28,478 nucleotides of DNA from IMG/VR virus record IMGVR_UViG_3300030376_002381, positions 1 through 28,478 of that record, one strand, 5' to 3'. Positions within the stretch are counted from its first letter, which is position 1. Each line of letters begins with the position of its first letter. The notes beneath the pieces were generated by a model. It saw nothing but the letters and a program-made list of their open reading frames with translations. It had not been told where the DNA came from and ran no database searches. A program made the position numbers and the translations under genes. This DNA comes from a virus. Lineage: Duplodnaviria; Caudoviricetes. Shown here piece after piece: positions 25,635 through 28,478 of the stretch.

Positions 25635-26954
25635 TTAATAGACATAATACCTACCATAATTAGCGTCTATAGCAAAGTAAAATCTCATCATTATTGCATC
25701 AGCATAATCTGGCGATCTACCTATAATATCCTTTATTTTAGGCTTAGGTATTATTTGTAGCTTAGCATCCTTATCTATATTGTAACTTCTGACTTGCTCT
25801 AATTCCTGTATTATGTTATTTTTTGCTTTTATATCATTTGTAGATATACCTACTTTGCCCTTATTTATATAATCAGACATATAGTAATAGCATTGAGTTT
25901 TAAGGTTTTGGTAATTTTCTTTATTTAGACATTTACTACCATTGATAAATCCCCTACATCCAGGTATCATATCTACCACGCCGCTACCGATACCATCCTC
26001 ATCAATAACTATATTTCTAGTATATACATCATTCTCTCTCTGTAATTCTTTTATAGTATTAGCTACCTCAGTCAAAGATGATTTATGTATAGTAATTATC
26101 TTATCTATATGCATGCCAGTCCATAGACAGATGATGGTCTTATCCTCTCCATATCTTGATATATCTGCTGATATATACCTATCTCCCTCCATCCCTTTAA
26201 TCTCAAATAATGATATTATATTATCATAATGTATTAGTCCATCCTTTGTAGCATCATACTCCCAATTACCATACAATAGTCTCTGCTTACTTATCTCATC
26301 TAATGACTCTAGATTAGTCTTATAATGTTTAGATATATACTCATTATCATCTACTAGACTTTGTATAAATACCCTATTAGGTTTTATTGTGCCCTCCTTT
26401 GCTGGCTTATAGTAATTAGAGTATAGCCATCCTTTACTAGGATTACAGGTAAGTAATAGAGTGGGAGTGAGTTTATTCTCATCTAGCTTATATCTAAGTC
26501 TAGACATTAATACCATCTTAGCTCTCTCTGTTATTTGATTAGCCTCATCTAAAAATGCAGAGGTTAGCTCATAACTACCCAAAGAATCAAAATTGCGGTC
26601 TGATGGATAGGCGAACATGTCTTTAAGTATTATCTCAGATTTATTAAAAAAGGTAATTACATTTGACTGAGCATTATAATTATAGTGTTTCTTACTCTCT
26701 ATACCCCATAATTTACATACCTCAAAAAATGTATTTAATGTAGTTTTTTTAAGTGAGTCTAATTTAGACCTACCCATTAGATGTCTAGTCTCAGGATATT
26801 TTAAGCACATCATCAGTAAAAATGCCGATCCTAAAAATGACTTTCCTCCCCCCGCACTTCCGCCATAGAGTATCTCATTAGTATTAGTATCAAATAAATA
26901 CTTTAATGCTTTCTTTTGTTTATGTGTAAATGATGGCTTAATATTCAATGCCAT
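25635..26954 (-). CDS. terL: Terminase large subunit
   Basis: Walker A YGGSAGGGKS, Walker B AFLDEANQ, TCNP coupling motif, RNase H-like DISRYGED and SPDYADA. Confidence 0.95.
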   Translation of the reverse strand: MALNIKPSFTHKQKKALKYLFDTNTNEILYGGSAGGGKSFLGSAFLLMMCLKYPETRHLMGRSKLDSLKKTTLNTFFEVCKLWGIESKKHYNYNAQSNVITFFNKSEIILKDMFAYPSDRNFDSLGSYELTSAFLDEANQITERAKMVLMSRLRYKLDENKLTPTLLLTCNPSKGWLYSNYYKPAKEGTIKPNRVFIQSLVDDNEYISKHYKTNLESLDEISKQRLLYGNWEYDATKDGLIHYDNIISLFEIKGMEGDRYISADISRYGEDKTIICLWTGMHIDKIITIHKSSLTEVANTIKELQRENDVYTRNIVIDEDGIGSGVVDMIPGCRGFINGSKCLNKENYQNLKTQCYYYMSDYINKGKVGISTNDIKAKNNIIQELEQVRSYNIDKDAKLQIIPKPKIKDIIGRSPDYADAIMMRFYFAIDANYGRYYVY

Positions 26955-27297
26955 CTATATTAATATCTATCTTTATAGGCTCATCCTTACTACTTATATC
27001 AAGCTCTGACCTCTCTATATACCCTCTCTGCTTACCTCTACATTTTAGATAAAATATAGTAGCTGAGGTATTACCATCTGCTATCTGTCTATGTAATGAT
27101 GTCTCTACAAAATCTAATGCTAAATTATTAATATCATCTACCTGGTCCTTAAAGTCCTTATCCTCTTTAAGCCATTTATAATATGTAGCTCTAGGTATGT
27201 CTGCTGCCTTACATGCTGCACTAACTACTCCCAGGCTATTTTCTAGAGCCGCTAACATGCTCTCCTTTTTTATGTGCCTACTTTTGTCTATACTCAT
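26938..27297 (-). CDS. terS: Terminase small subunit
   Basis: HTH (GVVSAACKAADIPRATYYKW), ATIFYLKCRGKQRGY.ER; directly upstream of terL. Confidence 0.8.
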   Translation of the reverse strand: MSIDKSRHIKKESMLAALENSLGVVSAACKAADIPRATYYKWLKEDKDFKDQVDDINNLALDFVETSLHRQIADGNTSATIFYLKCRGKQRGYIERSELDISSKDEPIKIDINIDGIEY

Positions 27298-27301
27298 ATA
27301 T

Positions 27302-27328
27302 TATAATAGAATTTTTTACGTTTTATTT
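27302..27328 (-). promoter_or_regulatory. Putative late promoter, copy 1
   Basis: AAATAA-AACGTAAAAAAT-TCTATTATA, then ATAT ATG (27297). Confidence 0.75.
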
Positions 27329-27558
27329 TTTAGGTCCTCAGGAGTTGGTAATAATATATCTAATTCTGTCTGACTCCATATCCTTATCTGCTCTATATAG
27401 TCATTAAATTCTCTCCTATCCATTGTCTTAGTATCCTCTATCATAAACTCCCTTTTTAGTAGATCATGTATTTCATGGGGATAATAGCCTAACTCACTGC
27501 TAAGGATTTTTACTATACACTTCCAATAATAATTATTTTGTTTATGGCTTCTCTGCAT
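27316..27558 (-). CDS. NinB-like protein
   Basis: RSHKQNNYYW, EIHDLLK, TKTM...EFNDYIEQI..W...LP motifs. Confidence 0.65.
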   Translation of the reverse strand: MQRSHKQNNYYWKCIVKILSSELGYYPHEIHDLLKREFMIEDTKTMDRREFNDYIEQIRIWSQTELDILLPTPEDLKNKT

Positions 27559-27781
27559 AATCGGATTTATATTTATCCCATACTTTCATAGGATTACTAT
27601 GCTGAGTATCATCTGTATCTCTATGTATATCTGGCATCCCTTTATACTCATCTGTAATTACTTGCTCCATATACTCCTCACAGCAGTAAGCGTCTTTACA
27701 AACTAACTTATTATTTACTGATGTAAATTTTACCTTATACAGATCAGTAGTATTACCGCATATATTACAAAGAAATTTCAT
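27542..27781 (-). CDS. Small putative zinc-ribbon protein
   Basis: CNICG...C...CC. Confidence 0.5.
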   Translation of the reverse strand: MKFLCNICGNTTDLYKVKFTSVNNKLVCKDAYCCEEYMEQVITDEYKGMPDIHRDTDDTQHSNPMKVWDKYKSDYAEKP

Positions 27782-27950
27782 CTAAATAATTTAATAATTG
27801 CTCAGGCGTGTATATTCTTAAATCATTTGTAGGTATATGATATAGATGTGTAAATGTTTTACTATTCTCATCAAAAGTCCAAAGAGCTCTGACTTTCTTA
27901 TTTATTTGATTTTTTAGTATTTTTTTTATGTTCTTGTATTTCATAGTCAT
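27765..27950 (-). CDS. Hypothetical protein
   Basis: 61-aa ORF overlapping its neighbours in the operon. Confidence 0.55.
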   Translation of the reverse strand: MTMKYKNIKKILKNQINKKVRALWTFDENSKTFTHLYHIPTNDLRIYTPEQLLNYLDEISL

Positions 27951-28065
27951 TAAGGTTTTTTAATAATTTATTATTATTTATACGCATACTTATCCCTCTC
28001 TCTATTTGTGTAGCTATATATATACCTATTACAATACCTACTCCCATTAATATTATACATTCCAT
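27898..28065 (-). CDS. 55-aa protein with N-terminal transmembrane helix
   Basis: MECIILMGVGIVIGIYIATQIERGISMRINNNKLLKNLNDYEIQEHKKNTKKSNK*; fills the 27951-28052 gap. Confidence 0.55.
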   Translation of the reverse strand: MECIILMGVGIVIGIYIATQIERGISMRINNNKLLKNLNDYEIQEHKKNTKKSNK

Positions 28066-28253
28066 GGCGTTCTCTTTTGTGTTAAATAACTCCTCTCTTG
28101 TATTTCATCTTTATACTGCCATCCCATTTGTAACTCCCATCCTATATCATCTCTAATTATTTCAGGCATTACTATTTTACCATCTACAATTATAGATTTT
28201 TTCTCTACCCTGCTCTTTTTTCTACCCGCTCCTTTCCAATTATTTTTATTCAT
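28053..28253 (-). CDS. Hypothetical protein
   Basis: 66-aa ORF with GAGRK motif, overlaps the upstream gene. Confidence 0.55.
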   Translation of the reverse strand: MNKNNWKGAGRKKSRVEKKSIIVDGKIVMPEIIRDDIGWELQMGWQYKDEIQERSYLTQKRTPWNV

Positions 28254-28452
28254 TATTCATCTGCTTGTCTATATATTTTATCATCTCCTCGTCTGCCATC
28301 TCCCATAAATATAGCTCAATAGTCCAATATAAAAATTCAAATGTAATCCATATAGCGCTAAGCTTAAAATTGCTAGTAATCCTCCTCCAATCTATAGATA
28401 TAGATGGTATTAGTCTTAAGCTCCTAAAGTAAGTCCATGTCTGTAATCTCAT
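28246..28452 (-). CDS. Hypothetical aromatic-rich protein
   Basis: 68-aa ORF, LIPSISI...IWITFEFLYW. Confidence 0.55.
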   Translation of the reverse strand: MRLQTWTYFRSLRLIPSISIDWRRITSNFKLSAIWITFEFLYWTIELYLWEMADEEMIKYIDKQMNNE

Positions 28453-28453
28453 A

Positions 28454-28478
28454 TTATTTATTTTTATTATTAATAGTT
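28454..28478 (-). CDS. 3' end of the DUF3310-like gene across the junction
   Basis: Joining position 1 to 28478 gives ...ACT ATT AAA ACT ATT AAT AAT AAA AAT AAA TAA, stopping 1 nt before ATG 28452. Confidence 0.65.

Larger units (their letters stand above)
1..28478 (-). mobile_element. Near-complete or complete circular (circularly permuted) genome of a tailed phage, probably a siphovirus of Bacteroidota/Flavobacteriia
   Basis: Terminase, portal, protease, capsid, tail tube, tape measure and endolysin genes all on the minus strand; the ORF at 1-356 continues in frame at 28478; no Shine-Dalgarno motifs, A-rich leaders and a TAnnTTTG promoter point to a Bacteroidota host. Confidence 0.9.

Noticed and set aside
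1-28478. Alternative genetic code, tRNA genes, diversity-generating retroelement or introns/inteins
   Set aside because: Genes tile densely under the standard code with TAA, TAG and TGA all used as stops; no cloverleaf, reverse transcriptase, repeat pair or interrupted core gene seen by eye

Overview
The window appears to be an essentially complete ~28.5 kb genome of an AT-rich tailed phage (siphovirus-like), most likely infecting marine Bacteroidota/Flavobacteriia. All real genes lie on the minus strand. A gene that runs off position 1 resumes in frame at 28478, so the sequence closes as a circle. Transcribed leftward from an intergenic control region (6343-6547), the early module carries SSB-like, DnaA-domain-IV-like, replication initiator, N4/N6 methyltransferase, NinG, sigma-like, DUF3310-like and NinB-like genes. 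It is followed by terminase, tail, head and lysis modules and a metallophosphoesterase. No DNA polymerase, helicase, integrase, tRNA or CRISPR array was seen. Main signals beyond the ORF track: (1) a five-copy bipartite late-promoter motif AAMTAA-N12-TCTATTATA, mostly 4-6 nt from start codons, paired with a phage sigma-like gene; (2) a -1 slippery T9 frameshift that fills an apparent intergenic gap; (3) a 12-bp-periodic array of DnaA-box-like 9-mers over a host-type early promoter; (4) short CG-rich, rare-codon patches on conserved protein motifs; (5) several unannotated, translationally coupled micro-ORFs, including a Cys-rich peptide in the lysis cassette. All family assignments come from motif recognition by eye, not database searches.
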